From contig MU053652.1 in assembly GCA_013239625.1 (NCBI GenBank), positions 8,405,499 to 8,469,498 of the forward strand: a DNA stretch of 64,000 nucleotides, read 5' to 3'. Every line of letters begins with the position of its first letter. The first letter of the stretch is position 1. Made by a program: the position numbers and the translations under genes. Below the pieces are notes generated by a model, which had not been told where the DNA came from, searched no databases, and worked only from the letters and a program-made list of their open reading frames with translations. This document shows positions 14,060 through 28,689 of the stretch, one piece after another. The stretch comes from Lama guanicoe (taxonomy: Eukaryota).

Positions 14060-14929
14060 GATAATGGCCATCTATTCAGAAGGATATACTTCAAACTCAC
14101 TTCTGCAAGGCATATGTTTTGGGTAACACCAAGTCATCTGCAGTCTTAGTCTGTGTGACCAACAACTTAAATGAGAGAGACCACTGAAGATTTTAGATAC
14201 AGGGCAAAATCATGAAGTAGAGTCACTTTAGTAAGATTAGATATTGTTATCAATCCCTTGAAGTAACATGACACAAACTTCATGGGAAAAAAATTACTTA
14301 TTGAATGTTCATAACAAAATTGGTCAGAAAGAAAGAAGGAAGGATAAAATGGATATGGGTTATAGGATTAGCAAAATGCAGGGTTTTTCCTCAGAACAAT
14401 GTGATTCACATTCATTTTGTCATTTTTTTAATATGTTTAAGTTACTCATTTAATCAATGTTCAATTGTTGGACATTTATAGTATTTATATTTTTGTTATA
14501 TATATATATAAAATCTTCCACAATAAACATTCATAAACACACCCTCACATGTGTTTAAAAAGAAAGAAGTGCTATGACCCAGCAGTGTACATACCAGACC
14601 CAGTACAGCATTTATTGGAGCAAACTAGCCATGGCAGGGGTCATCTGTGGCAGGTGCACAGTTCCCTGGTGTCCATCACACCTAGAGCCAGTGCTCAAGG
14701 AGAAAGCAGCGCCAGAGAGGAGCCCTGGATTTCACGGTCGTGATGGGGAAGGCCCAGCCCAGCCATTCCCTTAGGTGCAAGCTTTGTGATTCCAGCAGAA
14801 CGATGGGGCAGAACTCTGGCCTCCTTCCCTAGTCTACCTGTTCAGCACTCATGGCTGACTGAAGATGAAGGGGAGAGCCTAAAGAGAGGAGATAATTTGG
14901 AAAAAAAATAATGGATGGGTGATATTTTT

Positions 14930-15110
14930 AAATCTTTAGGCAAAGAGAGTATTTTGGGTGACTTTGTGCTTTTCAGGAATATTTTCCATGTTTTGCAAAT
15001 CCTTCCACAGACTTGAAAAAGAGGGAAGGTTTCCCCACTCATTTAATGAACTCAACATTATCTTGATATACACATTTTGTAATAACAAAGAAAAGAAAAC
15101 AACACGCCAG
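14930..15110 (+). mobile_element. L1 ORF2 fragment
   Basis: aaatccttccacagacttgaaaaagagggaaggtttccccactcatttaatgaa resembles the L1 'LFQ.IEKEG.LPNSFYE' segment. Confidence 0.55.
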
Positions 15111-15419
15111 TTATACATTATATGGTTACATTTATAAATGTACGAAAAATGCTCAGAAAGAAACACACCAATGTGGCGACAGCAGCAGAGGGGACTGGGG
15201 TTGGGACAGTGAGCACAGGACACTTTGACCTCGTGTGTGAAGCATAATTATGTTTACAAACAGAGTGATCTCAAATATTAGATTATGTGCTTGTGATTAT
15301 CTCTTACCCTCCATTATTGACCTAAACTCTATTTAATTTAGACCAGTTGATATTTATTTCAATTTTTTAAGCCCTGTACGTTATTAGTGACATGTTTTGC
15401 CATTTGACGTTTGCATTCT

Positions 15420-15840
15420 GTTTTGGTTTACAGCACTATTGAACTATATTACATAGATCATAAGGTTCATCTGTTTTAAGTGTACAATTGAATGATGTTT
15501 AATTTATAGAATTGTGCAACCATAATCACAATCCAGCTTTAAAATATTTCTATCACCCCCAAAAGATCAGTTTTGCAGGTTTCCAACCTATCTTCATTTC
15601 AAATGCCACTCTAAGCAACCATTAATCTGCTTTCTGTGTCTGCAGATTTGACTTTTCAGGACATTTCATATAAATGGAATCATACACTATGTAGCATTTT
15701 GCCTCTGGCTTCTTTTACTTCACACAAATTTTTTTTTTTCATCCATGTTGTACCGTCCATCAGTAGTTCGCCCCTTTTCATTGCTAAACAGTATTCCATT
15801 GTACGGATATACAACAGGATTTTCCTTTAGTTATTTATCC
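15420..15840 (-). mobile_element. L1 (L1MB/ME-like) 3'UTR, antisense
   Basis: ttttaagtgtacaattgaatg...gacatttcatataaatggaatcatac...gtattccattgtacggatatac. Confidence 0.85.
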
Positions 15841-17679
15841 ACTTCTTAGCTCATGCTAACTTTCTGCTTGATGTTACCAATACTCAAACTTCCTGCTTGG
15901 CAGAATTAAACTTGGCCCTTTTGTGCTTTTGTCTCAAATATTAGTGTTGAATATTGGTTAATTAGGGTCCAAATCGTTTCTCCTCCTTAGGAGGGGTGGC
16001 TGTATTCTTACAGAGCTTCCTTTATTTCCTTCCCCGATGCCATTTTTTTCTCAGAATAACCAAGCAGATTTAGCGTTTATATCCAGCAGAATTCCTTTGA
16101 TGTCTCTGTGATGTGGCTGACACCTCTTCCTAGTTTCTAACACAGTTGTGGGCTCTAAAACGATTTTACATGCCCTTGGTCTTTTTGGTGGAAATTTAGG
16201 AATGTTAGCAGAAGACGCCTTTGCTCATTTTTCCCATCCAACTTTGCAAGGATGTCTCATATGTAACGTTTTGATTCCTAAAGCAACTCAGATTCTAATC
16301 CTGTTGAGATACTTTCCTCATAGATTTTTCCCACCTTTGAGCATCTGTCGGAACACCCTTTATGGTCGTAGGTACCACAGCAGCAGATTTGCAGTGTCCT
16401 TTATAAATATGTGTATGGCTGGAAATAGATGCTGTTTGGGCCAAGGCATGCTCTGGAGATGGAAACAGAATATCTGTTTGAACAAAGTATTCCCAGCAAA
16501 GGTGTCTTCACTTAAGTCTGGCCTTGTTACCTTGCCAGGGACCGCAAAATCTGCAGTGGTGATTTCCCAAGTATCTCATAGTTTGGCAAAGTACGAACGC
16601 CAGGAAATCATCACCGTACAAACTGTCAGTGTGAACCGTTTGGCCCCCATCATTTCTAATCGACTTTAGGAACCCTCTTTCTCTGAGCCATCTCCCCACC
16701 CGCTAGCCCCACGGCCCACTGGGCACGCTAACCTGCAAAGCTGCATCTGAGGAGGGAGAGTCACATCTGAGGAAGGCAAAAGAGGAAGCTCCCAAAGAGA
16801 GAACTTAAGGCTATTCACTTTTAAAAAATTGAAATCTGTAAGATCAAAGACCAAACTTCGGCAAAGTGCTTGTGGAGGAGCAACCCTAACTCTGCAAAGG
16901 AAATAACCACGTACAGGACGGCTGGTTCCCTCAGGGCAAGGATCACACAGATTGCGTCAACTGTGGCTCTGCAGTGTTGATGTAGTCTTTGCCGTATAGC
17001 ACGTGCCCGAGGAAATGAATAAACCACTTCAACATTTTCTTTTTAATAGTCCTCCTTTAAGAGTGTACTGATTAATACCCATGAAATCTAGCCCAGTTAA
17101 AAATGTTTTGTTGGGCAGAGTTTGTATGACTAGAGGTAAAAATTTTCCCCTTAATTTAATGTGTCTACCAAATAAAAGTTGAAAAATGTTCAAAGAGTAG
17201 AACATAAAAGTGAAGTCTACTCTATTTCGAATGATCTGTTAAGTAAGTTCCATTGTACGCAACACTTGAGCTTTTGAAATATTTCTAATATTCCTCATTT
17301 TATATTTGAGAGGTCCATGTGAAATCTAAGTACTAAGCAGACGAAGTCATACCTCCTTTCAGCGATGTGGATCATGAGATAAAGAAGGGAAGTCGTCCAA
17401 ACTGACTACCTTAAAACCCCATGTGTCCTATCCTGAGTTCAGAATAAATTATTGTTATTATTAATGACAGACATCTTCTGTTACTCACTATGTTTCTGCT
17501 TCCTCTCTGGAAATGCAAATTAAGACAAGCTCAAAAGAAACAAAGAAAACTATACTAACTGAAAATGGTACTAATGAAATAAAAAAAATACTAGCAAAAG
17601 TATCTAGCCCCAGTGTATCTGCGTTAAGACCTAGCTACTTGTATGGACCCTGTCTTACCAACTAGATGATGACCTCCTA

Positions 17680-17905
17680 GATTGGTTCTAACACAAATAT
17701 CGTGCAAACTACCTGTGTAATTTAACATTTTTCTACCAATACAGTTTAAAGAAATGAAGAAACAGGTGAAATTAATTTCTAGAATGTATTTCATTTAATC
17801 CCAAATATTGCCATTTCACCATATTCTACTCTCTACATTTACATTTCAAGGAAGTGCTCCATCGTGACAGGTGGCTAGTGGTTAGAGAACTGGGTGTTAT
17901 AGACC
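17680..17905. mobile_element. MER33-like hAT-Charlie DNA transposon
   Basis: gaaacaggtgaaattaatttc...catttaatccca...acatttcaag...gtggctagtgg. Confidence 0.7.
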
Positions 17906-18029
17906 TGGATGGTTGCATATGGCAGGGACCGTGCCATGTTCAGATGTATATTCCCTCCTGCCCAACACAGCAAGTACTCGACAAGTATTAAATGAATAAA
18001 TGGACTGAACTGCTGAATAAGTTGCTGGA

Positions 18030-18800
18030 AGAATATCCTGCTTGAGGTCACTGGGCTTCTTCCATTTTTAGGTTTTCAGCAATTTGAAGGAGTTTTGGTC
18101 TTGGTCTTCAAATATTTCCCCTACTTGTTCTCATTTTTTTTATCCTGGGACTTCAGTATCATGTACGCCAGACTACTGGACATTACCCCACATGTTCCTG
18201 AAGTACATTTCGTTTTTCTCCAGTTTTTTCTCTATGTTCTTCTAACTAGAAAATAGTTAACACTGTATCTTCAACATCACTGATTCATTCTCCACTCCCC
18301 TAAATTTTACATTAAGCCCAGTCAGTGTTTCCATTTTAGTTCTCATAATTTTCGGTTCTAGAATTTACAATTTTTAATAGATACCATTTCCCTGCTGAGA
18401 TTTCTTATTTGTTCCCTTAGCAAGAAAATATTTTTTTCATTATTTGAACATATTTTCCATAATTTTTTGGAAACCTTACTTTGGAATAATTGTTTGCTAA
18501 ATTTAATACGTAGGCTGTCTTGGTGGGGTGTATTAATGACTTTTTTTCTTGAGTGCGAGTCATGGTTTCCTGTTTCTTTGCATGCTGAATAATTTTTATT
18601 GTCTAGGCTTTGAGAATGATACTTGTAGAGAGTCTAGATTCTGTTACCTTCCTGTGAATCGATGGTGGGATTATAGGGTGATCTACCTTGAACTTGAAAA
18701 GATGTGCGTTTACACTTTGTTGGGCATATAGAAAGATTGCCGGAAGTATTTCTTAAGCTGCTCTAATTTGCTGGGTCTGAAACTCCAAAAGCTATCTCCC
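18030..18800 (-). mobile_element. Old L1 (L1M) fragment, antisense
   Basis: tcttcaacatcactgattcattctc...ttttcggttctagaattt...ccctgctgagatttcttatttgttc. Confidence 0.65.
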
Positions 18801-18854
18801 TGATTCCACTCTTTCAACCTTACCTGGGCAACACCTAGAAGGACTCCCTCGTTA

Positions 18855-19392
18855 AAGTATAAATAAGAACATGTCACTCCCCTGCTTAAAACTCTCTAGT
18901 AGCTTCTAATGGCTGTGAGAATAGAATCCTTCCTTCTTACGATTGTCCACAACATTTGAGTGACCTGGTTTTTCCTAGCTCTTTCAGCTCAACACTTCAA
19001 CTTTCTCACCAGTTTCCTTCTTTCCAGAGCCTTCCCTCAGTTCCTGAAAAAAGCCAGGCTCACTGCTGCCTCAGCCTTTTTGCACATCTGTCTCTTCCAG
19101 ATACCTGTATGGCTGGACTCTTATTATTCAGATTTCAATAGAAGTTTGTTCTGAAGGTCTTGCCTAACCTCCCAAGTTCACTCCAGACATTCTCAAGTAT
19201 ATTGCTCTGTTTTCATTTCTTCCTAGCAATTAGCGTTACCTGGAATTCCTTTATATTGTTATTTGTTTACTTTGTGTCTCCCCCAAACTTGAAAATAGAT
19301 TCCATGAGGGGAAGGACCTTGTCTGACTTAAATTCCTGGCACCCCAAACCGTTTCTGAATCACTATGCCTGTTCTGTGAATATCTGTTGAAG
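18855..19392 (+). mobile_element. LINE-2 3' region
   Basis: catgtcactcccctgcttaaaactctctagtagcttc...ttccatgaggggaaggaccttgtctg...gaatatctgttgaa (L2 3' end). Confidence 0.8.
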
Positions 19393-21104
19393 AGAAAATG
19401 AATTCTCTTCTATTACCTTGAAAATTACCCAGTTTGGATCTATATTATGTAATATGTTATTATATATAACGAAGTCAACATTTGTTACAGTGTAGATGCA
19501 CAACACACAGGGATGAATATAGGTATAGTGTGTGTACATGTGTGTGTTTACAGTCAGCGTGATAACGAGCTTTCACTGAGACTGGAACACTGGTAACTAT
19601 CCAAAAAACCAACACAGCAACATCAGAATTGACTTCTCTCTTCCCCCTGCCCCGTGAGCCCTGCTTCTTCTGAGAGAGAAGGAGAGGTGTTAGCCCTTTT
19701 TTATGCTCCTGACTGCACTCTGCCAGGAGTTGTCTTTCCTCACTGCAGCGCGAACAAATTGGGGGCAGACAAAGAGGTATTTCCTTTCTGGAGTCCAGGT
19801 GTTTCTTAATGTCTCGACCATGCTGAGGTCTGCAAAATGCCAAGGGGCTCCTGCTAAACTGCTGTCAACAGCCTCACTTGGAAAACATCCTGCTCTTAGA
19901 AAAGCAAACTGGGGTGGGGTGGGGCACATGGGATGCCCCGGGTGCTGGAAAGTTAGGGAGACGTGACCCAGGAGAAAGATCTACCTCTCTGCTCCCCCAG
20001 CACTTGCTGGCTGGGGGTCTGGGATGTCCCTGCCTCGCCTCTCGGCCCTCAAGTTCATAGCTAAGGTCGGGTCATGATGTCTCTGTTTAGTCTGAGGCAT
20101 TGCTTCTATTTTTATACTTTATTAGTAGCTTCACAAGTAGCGAGAATTCTGGGATTCTGAGGAATATCAATGCTTGATAGGAACTCCTGCCGTCTTTGAG
20201 ACCCCTCATTGGCTTAATGCAGATTTTTTGTTTGTTTGTTTCATATAACTGTGCTTCACAGCACCTGGCTGGTTGGACCCCTGTGAATTTCCCCTAAGCC
20301 TAAACAAGAAGGTAGGGCACATCTACCCTGCTGTCAACAGGCAGGTGTGATCTCAACGTGAAAACCCAGGAACTACACTCCTTGTTTTAGCCTCTGTGAT
20401 TGATGATCTGCCACAAAAATCGAAGTGGGCATAATTATTTCCTGATACTGGCTCCTGCAGACTATCCCATTAACCTAAATCTCTGCTCAACCCCCAAGGT
20501 CTGCAAGCCCTGTGATAATTCAATATATTTTCTAACCATGAAACAATGTCCTCTTGCCTCATATTCGACATATACCTGTGAAATTCCTGTGGCAAACAGC
20601 TTATAGCAGTGTTACCCAGACTTGCTTGATCTTGGCAGCCCAGTCTCCATGGGACCTGGTCTCAGCTGCTGACAAGTTTTCAGTCTAATTATGAGCATCA
20701 GAGACTTCGGCTCCATTTCTAGGAAGGACTCTAATTCCTAAATAAACTGTGAGTGACAGATAGGAACGACAAAAACTTGTTTCCAGCCTATAAATTTAAA
20801 GTAGAGTTTCTTACACTCTTTCCTTCTGGATATGTCACATAAGACTGCCTAAATCTAATTCAGCTGTGTGTGGGGCAGGGTGGGGAATAGATGAGGAAAT
20901 TTGAAACATGGCTTTTGTGCATATTCAGGAAAAAATGAGGTGATTATCAACCAGAGGCCAGGGACTGCCAAATGTCATTTCTTGATGTGTCAGTGCACAG
21001 CTCAACCCAAGATTATCCCATGTGCATCTTTAGGAATTGCTTTAAGATCCACAGTGGAAGATGAGCCTTTAACCAAGGAGAACAAACCTCATAAGGACAT
21101 CTTA

Positions 21105-21362
21105 TTTCTTTTTTTTAAATCTTTTTTAACTTGAAGTACAGTCAGTTACAATGTGTCAGCTTCTTCTGGTGTACAGCACAATGTCCCAGCCATGCATATA
21201 TATACATATATTTGTTTCCATATTATTTTTCATTAAAGGTTATTATAAGAAATTGAATATAGTTCCCTGTGCTATACAGGGAGAAATTTGGTTTTTATCT
21301 ATTTTTATATATAGTGGTTAACATTTGCAAATCTCAAGCTCCCAAATTTATCCCTTCCCATC
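21105..21362 (-). mobile_element. Younger artiodactyl/camelid-type L1 3'UTR, antisense
   Basis: T tract, then ttgaagtacagtcagttacaatgtgtcag...tctggtgtacagc...gaatatagttccctgtgctatacag; same tail motif as the other young L1 ends in this window. Confidence 0.85.
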
Positions 21363-22065
21363 ACCTTTTGAGATTTAGGTATGTATTTAAAAGGTAAGAG
21401 AAGCCAGGGAAATCAGAACAAAGATGAGGTCTATAAAGAGGTTTTGATGATTATTCAAGGAGATAAATCATTCAGGATGTTTAAATTGTATTTTTAACTT
21501 TTAGAAAGTGTGACAAAGTTCTGTTGATTACAAGAGGGTTGATTTCCTCTTCCATTCTCTGTCTAATACATCAAACCCAGACATTGCTTTATCACAGTGC
21601 TTGCAATTCCTATTCCAGAATAGCTTCCATAATCTTCTTATTCTAAGGTGGTTGCCATCCATTCTCCTGAAACCATAAATCAAGCATCCTGGAAAAGGTG
21701 ATGTTAGAGGCTACCAATTCAATTAGAGTTGTAGGTAGGCAAAGCAGACAATAGCTCTTAGATCTTAATATGACCACATTAAAATGGGGCTCCCTGGGGA
21801 CTCCGTATGGTGATACATCAGAAACTATAGAGATGTGTTTAGCTATTTCTCCTCCTCTTTAAATTTCTACTCTTGGATACAGCAGGTCAAAAATTGATCC
21901 TTTTCTCTTTGCACACAATCCTTTTTAAGACCTGATCTGCCTCTTCCATTTCCTGCCTTCCTTTTCAGGGCTCCTCATCTGAGCCCCAGCCAACCCAAAG
22001 GCCATCTTCCTGCAACAAATTCTCACCTTGGGAGGAGAAACTGCCTCCAGCTTGAGCTGGTTTTC

Positions 22066-22165
22066 TTAGAAAGAAAAAAAAAAGAAGCAAAGGAAGAAAG
22101 AAAGAGAGAAAAAAAGAAAGGCAGGAAGGAAGAAAAGAAGGAAGTAAAGAAGGGAGGGGGAAAAG
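22066..22165. repeat. Purine-rich (GAAA/GGAA) low-complexity tract
   Basis: Directly visible. Confidence 0.8.
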
Positions 22166-25100
22166 CAGCCTCCTTGGAATTTCCCAGCTTCTACGTGTGA
22201 AGGGGAGTTTAGATGCTGGCTGTCTTGAGTCAAGCATAAAGGCTTTTCTTACAGACCTTTTGCACAATATTGAGAAACCCAATTGCTCCCTCTGCCCAGA
22301 GGTCGCCCTGACTGGGAATATTTTCTCCTCACTCAACTATGCTGTATAACAGCATATATGTAAAGTAACTGTTTTCTCTTCTCTTTTTATTTTGCAGCTG
22401 ATGCTTTCAGGAGATTGGATAAGGTAAATACACAAGTACACAGATACAAAACTAAATTCTAAAGTTTTACAGTTGGCGTCCTGGCTCCTAAGTGGATTTC
22501 AAAGTTCATTTCCAAACCTGGGTTTTCTACGCTCCCCATAGGGTCTCTGTTAACTGATTCTGCTTCTCTGAGATTTCACAGAGAGGCAGTGAGGTTCAGT
22601 GGTCATGAAGGCAGGTTCTGAGACATCCAGCTCCACCCTCCCTGGCAGGTTATTCAGTCACCGCTCTGTGCTCCGTTTCTGTTGATGTCAGTTGGACAAA
22701 TTGGCATCAGGAGAGCTGCTCAGCTGCCTGTGATGAGAACCTGAGGGGCCACCCCTCCCCATCTGACTACAGATGAGGACTCATTGCTAAGTTAACCTGA
22801 GCATATCTCTTCCTTGAACTCTTCAAGATCCTAAGACACTATTGTTCACATGAAAATATCTGGAATGCACTCAGAATCTAGATTTTTTTAAGTGTATGAA
22901 ACCACTTTAATTTTACCAGAACAGCTCCCCCCAAAATTGATCAGAATGTAAGTGAACCATCCTTGAACATAATTCTGATGTGTTATAATGTGATTTATCT
23001 GTAAATTTAAGGATACATTATAGATTTCTCCAAAGAACCTAGAAAGTGATTTTCTCCCAGTTCCAATGGTTTAAAATTTTTATTCCCTAAAGAGTTCTAG
23101 CATCCTGGAGGGGGAAGTTATAATGCTTTCATTTAAAGATTCCACATTGGCCAAAAGGAACTGATGTAACTTTCTTATTTCTTAAGATCTTTTTTTTGGT
23201 AAATTACACTTTTTATTACATGAAAATTTTGTAAAGAAAAAAAATCAAAAGAGGTAGAAACTAGCTCACCTACTTTCCTTTCCCAAGCATACATTTTTAG
23301 TGTCTTGCACAATATCTTCTCTGTCCCAGATTATTTTTAGCAAAAGGTTTTTTCAATTTGATGTATAATTCAAGATAGACTATGAACTATTTCATTGTTA
23401 GATTACATATGGATAGACTTCCAGAAAAATCATCGTTAACAAATGGTGCTTAAATGACAGTTTTTAACAGTAAAATATGAGACTCTGATTAATAGCTATT
23501 GTTGAAATGTCAAAACATGTCACACTCTTTTCACATCTTGTAGTCTGTGATTAGCCCATTTGGAGGAAAAATATGTCTCTGATATGTTGTCTTTGACTTA
23601 CAATTTTTCCAAAGATTATTTTCAATCATATTTTTTCCAACTTTCTGCTTAAGTGAAATTGTCTCAGAAATTAGATTAACTAAAACATCAAATGCCTGTT
23701 TAGAATAGGAATTTGCAAAAGCAGTGTCTGGTCCCTGTGCCTTTTAAATCAATCAAATTCAGTGCTATACATTAATTAGAGTCACCTGAGAAAATTTAAT
23801 TTTTTGGTGTTAATAGTGGAGGAGCCCAAAGATTTTAACTTAATGGGACAAGAGTGGGGCTTCTAAAAAGAACCAAGATTTGACTGATTGACCACTGATT
23901 TTCCCTAAAAGACAACATTGAAAGGTTAGGAGAAGCTGTAAGACCAGGAATCTGGTTGTACATTAGTTTTTATCTTTTTATTCCATGAAAGGTCTAAGGC
24001 TAAACAATGGTACAAAACTCCCTTATCTCCTTTCTTATGTTTGGTCTTCCTATATATTTTCTTGAATTTGGTCTGCCCAAATTCATGCAGGACCTTCATT
24101 TGTGAGCAAGCAGACGGTGCAACAAACTTCCCAGAGAAACTAATGAGCCGCGTTACTCTAAGTGTGAAACCCCCAGACAAGCTTCTTTATGTGGAAATCT
24201 GGACCAGAGCTCTTTATACAGTCAGCTTGCGACATCACCCGGTAGAATCTAAAGGCCCTGTGAAGGGTGACAAGCCACAGAAAGCACTACGCTTCTGATT
24301 CCAAAACTGAAAGTCTGGAGAGATCAACGTCCCATCCTCCGCTGATGCAGAAGGAGAGAGACAATCTTGAAGGAAAGCAAGAGTTCCTAACCAGGCCCGG
24401 AAGTGTGGAAGGCCTGGGCAGGAACAGCAAAACTCATTGTTTTCCAAAGTATTTGAGTTCAGGGGCATTTTGCTCATCCAAAGGACACATTTCTGGCAAC
24501 CGCCCCCAGGCCTGGCACATAATAGATGCTTTGTAAATATTCAGGGAACTGATTGGCAAAGATGGCAATAATAAAATCCTTGAATTCACAGGAAAAGAAG
24601 TCCTCTTTCAAACCTCTGATAAAAGCCCCCTGATTTACAATGATGAGGAAATGAATTTTTTAAATTGAACACATTTGGTTATCTCTGTCCCGAGATTACA
24701 GAAAACAATCTTTTAGAAAGAACCACCAGACTCTTGTGCTGATAGATGACGCTGAGAAAAAATAGCTGATATAAGACCCAGAACTAGAAAAATAGGGTCT
24801 CATTGTGTTCACAGGAAAGCTGAAATAACTCAAATTCACCACTGCGCTACCTAAGAGAAGTTTATGGTTTGTTTAGAATACTGTGCTTAATAAGATGGGA
24901 AAATATCTAATGTGCATTTTAAAAGATGTGACTTAAATATCTACATGGCTTAAATATTAGGGTGAATAAAATCTAAGTCTCGATTATTTAAACATTTTAA
25001 TTATGGGAAATAACTTATTTTCTGATGAAGCTAAATAGGTGAAATGAGTCTTTCTTTCCTTTTGCTATGTAAAATTAAGACTTCTGGCCCCAGAGCAGGT

Positions 25101-25528
25101 ATATACTCTCCACGTTCCCGCTGAAATATAGTAATTGCCACACTTCCTTCTGTTACTGTTCTAGCAATGGATTGAAAGCCAGTCAGTGTTAGCTACCAAC
25201 CCCTGGGGGCTTCTGACTCTTGCATGCTGACTCTGTAATTAAAAGCCTGTGCAAGGAAGCAACTGTCAGCTCAAGCCTTCCCTCCTACTGTTGGATGTCT
25301 GTCAACTCAAGGATTTATTTTTTTAATATGAGAAAATGTCAGTTGCTGTCTGAAATAAATTTTTTGATGATTCAAGCAAACATTGAATGCCTGGTGGTTA
25401 AATAAGAAAAATACAAAACGTACCGCATTGCTTTGAAAGCAGCTCCCTTCACATTGGAAAAAGGATTTTACCCAAGAACTCAGCATAGATCATAAACGTT
25501 ACATGTTTCCAATTTGTAAATGAAGGAA

Positions 25529-25531
25529 TAC

Positions 25532-25593
<62 letters not shown>

Positions 25594-25602
25594 GTATATA
25601 TG
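25529..25602. repeat. (TA)n/(CA)n compound microsatellite
   Basis: Directly visible. Confidence 0.95.
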
Positions 25603-27539
25603 CAGTATTTTTAAAGCTTTTGTCTTTATTTTATTGAGGAACTGAGCAACCAACTATTGTAAAATTTTGTAAAATGTGTGACGCTAATATGGTCATTGTT
25701 GAAGTTCATGTCAAGAATTCCATTGTCTTAACCGAAACCCAAACCTTTGACTTAAAACTCCACTTTCGCCATTTCCTAGTGTGCTACGCAGTTGGATAGG
25801 GTTAGTAATTTTAATAGAAGAGCCTATTAAATGATCTCTTATCACTCCATCTGTTTCTGTGAATACAAAAACATTTTTATTAGGAAAACACCCTGAAGTG
25901 TGGTTACAAAGATGGTATTAATTCATCACGAGTTTCAACACTTGATCAAACAACAGAAAGCCTATCCTGATTTCATGCCAAAATAACAGGCTAGTGTTTT
26001 TTAATTCAGAAAAAAAAATAGTTGCCATGTTATGAATACGAGCCCATGGTAGTATTTCTCTACCAAATTCCCCCTCGTAAGTTTGAGTGTGCCTTATCTA
26101 CATTTGTTTATAAAAGCCTGACCTATGATTTTGATAGAAACAGAATAATGGTAATAGCTCATTTCATTCTTGTCATCCCATCAACTAAAATTTCAGCCAT
26201 GTAGATTCCCATTAATTACTTCTGGGATTCCCATGAATCATGTCTGTTCTCAAAACAATTCTAATTCTGTAAGACATCGCTGCTGCCCCACCACATTTCT
26301 TCCCCCTAAACCCTTCCCTAGAAAGGACCAGTGAGGCCACCAGATACCAGTGTTCTCACTGTGCTGTGACTTGGCCATTTCATGTGTTCTTCCTGAAAAC
26401 GGGCCATTCTGGTGCATTTCCCTGCTCCCAAAGAAGTTTTGAATGGAGACATATAGCGCACTGTCCCTGCCTCTTCCTCCTTTTCTTCTCCTTCCTGTCT
26501 GAGCTCTTCCAGCACTGGCGCCTTCTTCTTCTATTGTCAGAAACAGAAGGCCTCATGCAAAATGACTAATCCAGATTAATACATCTATGGTTTGCTCCAA
26601 AAGGCTTTTTGACATTTTAAGTCACAGGTAGGATAACCTGTACATATTCATTTCTTCCACAAACATTAAGACTTCTCAAAATTTCTAGTGCATCAGTTAA
26701 AAAAGGCTATAAAGGATGAAAAGTGATGACAGGATGTTAGGAAAGAAAAGCACACTAAAGCAAGAGGAACATTACACTCATTCCTCTTCCTAAACTAGAT
26801 GAGGAGCAGCGGGGTGTACATGTGTGATGATATCCACTACCTGCTTTTATGAATTGCCTCTAGATGACTTCATTATAAACCTTAACAGCAAGAATTCCAT
26901 CTTTATTTCATAGTTTTATGAATATATCTAGAGACCTATTTGAGGAGTACACTCCATAAATCCAGTTAATAGCTAATAACTCGCTAAGATCGCTCAATTG
27001 CTAAAGAAGGTGGCACATGCTAAGATTTTATTTGCAGGCACTGAAATAAATTACTACATTTTGATTTCACGCAGCTAGAGGTAAGGATTACGAAGATGCT
27101 AAGCGCCGTTACTAATCTCTTTCTTGCACAATCAGTAAGTACATTTTCGACCTCCTGCCATATATGAGAAACTATATTAAGTATTTTGATGCATTAAAAA
27201 ATGCAAATAATGTCACTGATTTGAAGATGACATCTAGTTTGGGAAGAAAACCATCTATGCAAAAATAAAAATCAGATCATATGCTATATTTTAAGTTTGT
27301 AGAATTGATAAAGCTATGGAAATTTAGAGTTGTTTTTTCTTTTAAATGAGCACACCACACTTAGACAAGAGCATAGACCCTTGATTAGTAACTGTTCAGA
27401 GATAAGTTTTGTGGTCTTAAACTTTTACCACATAATCTCTGTGTTGAGACTTCGTCATTGACATAAGAATATCATTCCTTTTGAAATAAGAACATGTTTT
27501 CTTTGAAATACATTCCTGCTGTCTCTTTGTTTGTTTGAC

Positions 27540-28030
27540 AGGGAATAAATGCACTTGGTAGGATATTCAAAAGGTAAAATATATAAACAATGGAGGGTAA
27601 ATCCCAATCTCTTTTCTCTTCCATAGTTACCGGGCCCCCCTTCTCTGAGATAAAACTTTTACCAGTGTCTTGTGCATCTTTCTAGAGAAGTGTTATACCT
27701 TTGAAAATCATACATACATACTCTGCTTTTTGATATAACTAGCAGCAGGCTATACACACTGTACCTGGTTATTCACTAAATTTCACAGCTTAAAGTTTCT
27801 ATGATATTTATGGTATTTCCACATCAGTCCATGTAAAAGTGGACATGTCATAATGCACTTAATCAGCCCCCACTGAAGGACATTTATTTTCCTACTCTTG
27901 CTACTAACAAGCAATGCTTTCATGAATATCGTTGTATTACATTTCACACAGCAAGAGGAATTGCTGGATTAAATGGAGGTACATTTAAAATTTTGATAGA
28001 TGCAGTCAGTTTCCCTCCAGCAATAAATGT
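27540..28030 (-). mobile_element. Old L1 (L1ME-like) 3' fragment
   Basis: gaggaattgctggattaaatggaggtacatttaaaattttgataga motif. Confidence 0.55.
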
Positions 28031-28689
28031 CCTTAATGGCAAAGATCTGATGAATTCTCTTTTTCTTTAAGGATGTAAGCATCTTTGTGTTATGAAGTAG
28101 CATTTAAGATGTAAATTTATGGAAAATCTATTTTTCTTAAATATGGAGGGGAAAGGGGGAAAGGAAAATTACTTGTTCCCATCTATTCTACAAAAATTTA
28201 CTCAATCTGTGGATGTTTCTGTGGATCATCAGATTCTTCTTGCTTTTACTCTGATTCATCATCATTCATGGGAGAGGCTTTAGACTTCAAAGTACTGCCA
28301 GGTGATTTCTATAAAGGGTCAGTAGTAAAGCTCATAGTGGTCAAGAAATACCAGGGACACATATATCTTCAAGGAAGCGGAACATCTGTTTCCTTATGCA
28401 AGAGCCAGGAAGTTTAAAGCCTTATGTTTTAAGGCTTTATCCATAACCAGAGTGGCAAAGCCAAAATTATTCAAGACTTATTTTAAATGTAGTGTTTGTC
28501 TTTAAAATTAATCACAGTTCGCAGGGTACAATAGTCAAGAGACAAATACAGGTGACAAATATTGGGGGCTTTTATTTTTAACTAACACTGAAATCTTAAG
28601 CAGGGTAAATTGGAAAATTTTCTGTCTATAAGATCTATAAATATGGTCTAATTTTTCTGAACAATTTCTCAAAGTGTTTTTTAAGTCAC

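Noticed and set aside
16148..16669. 173-aa ORF as a protein-coding gene
   Set aside because: GTG start, no recognisable domain and no supporting exon structure.
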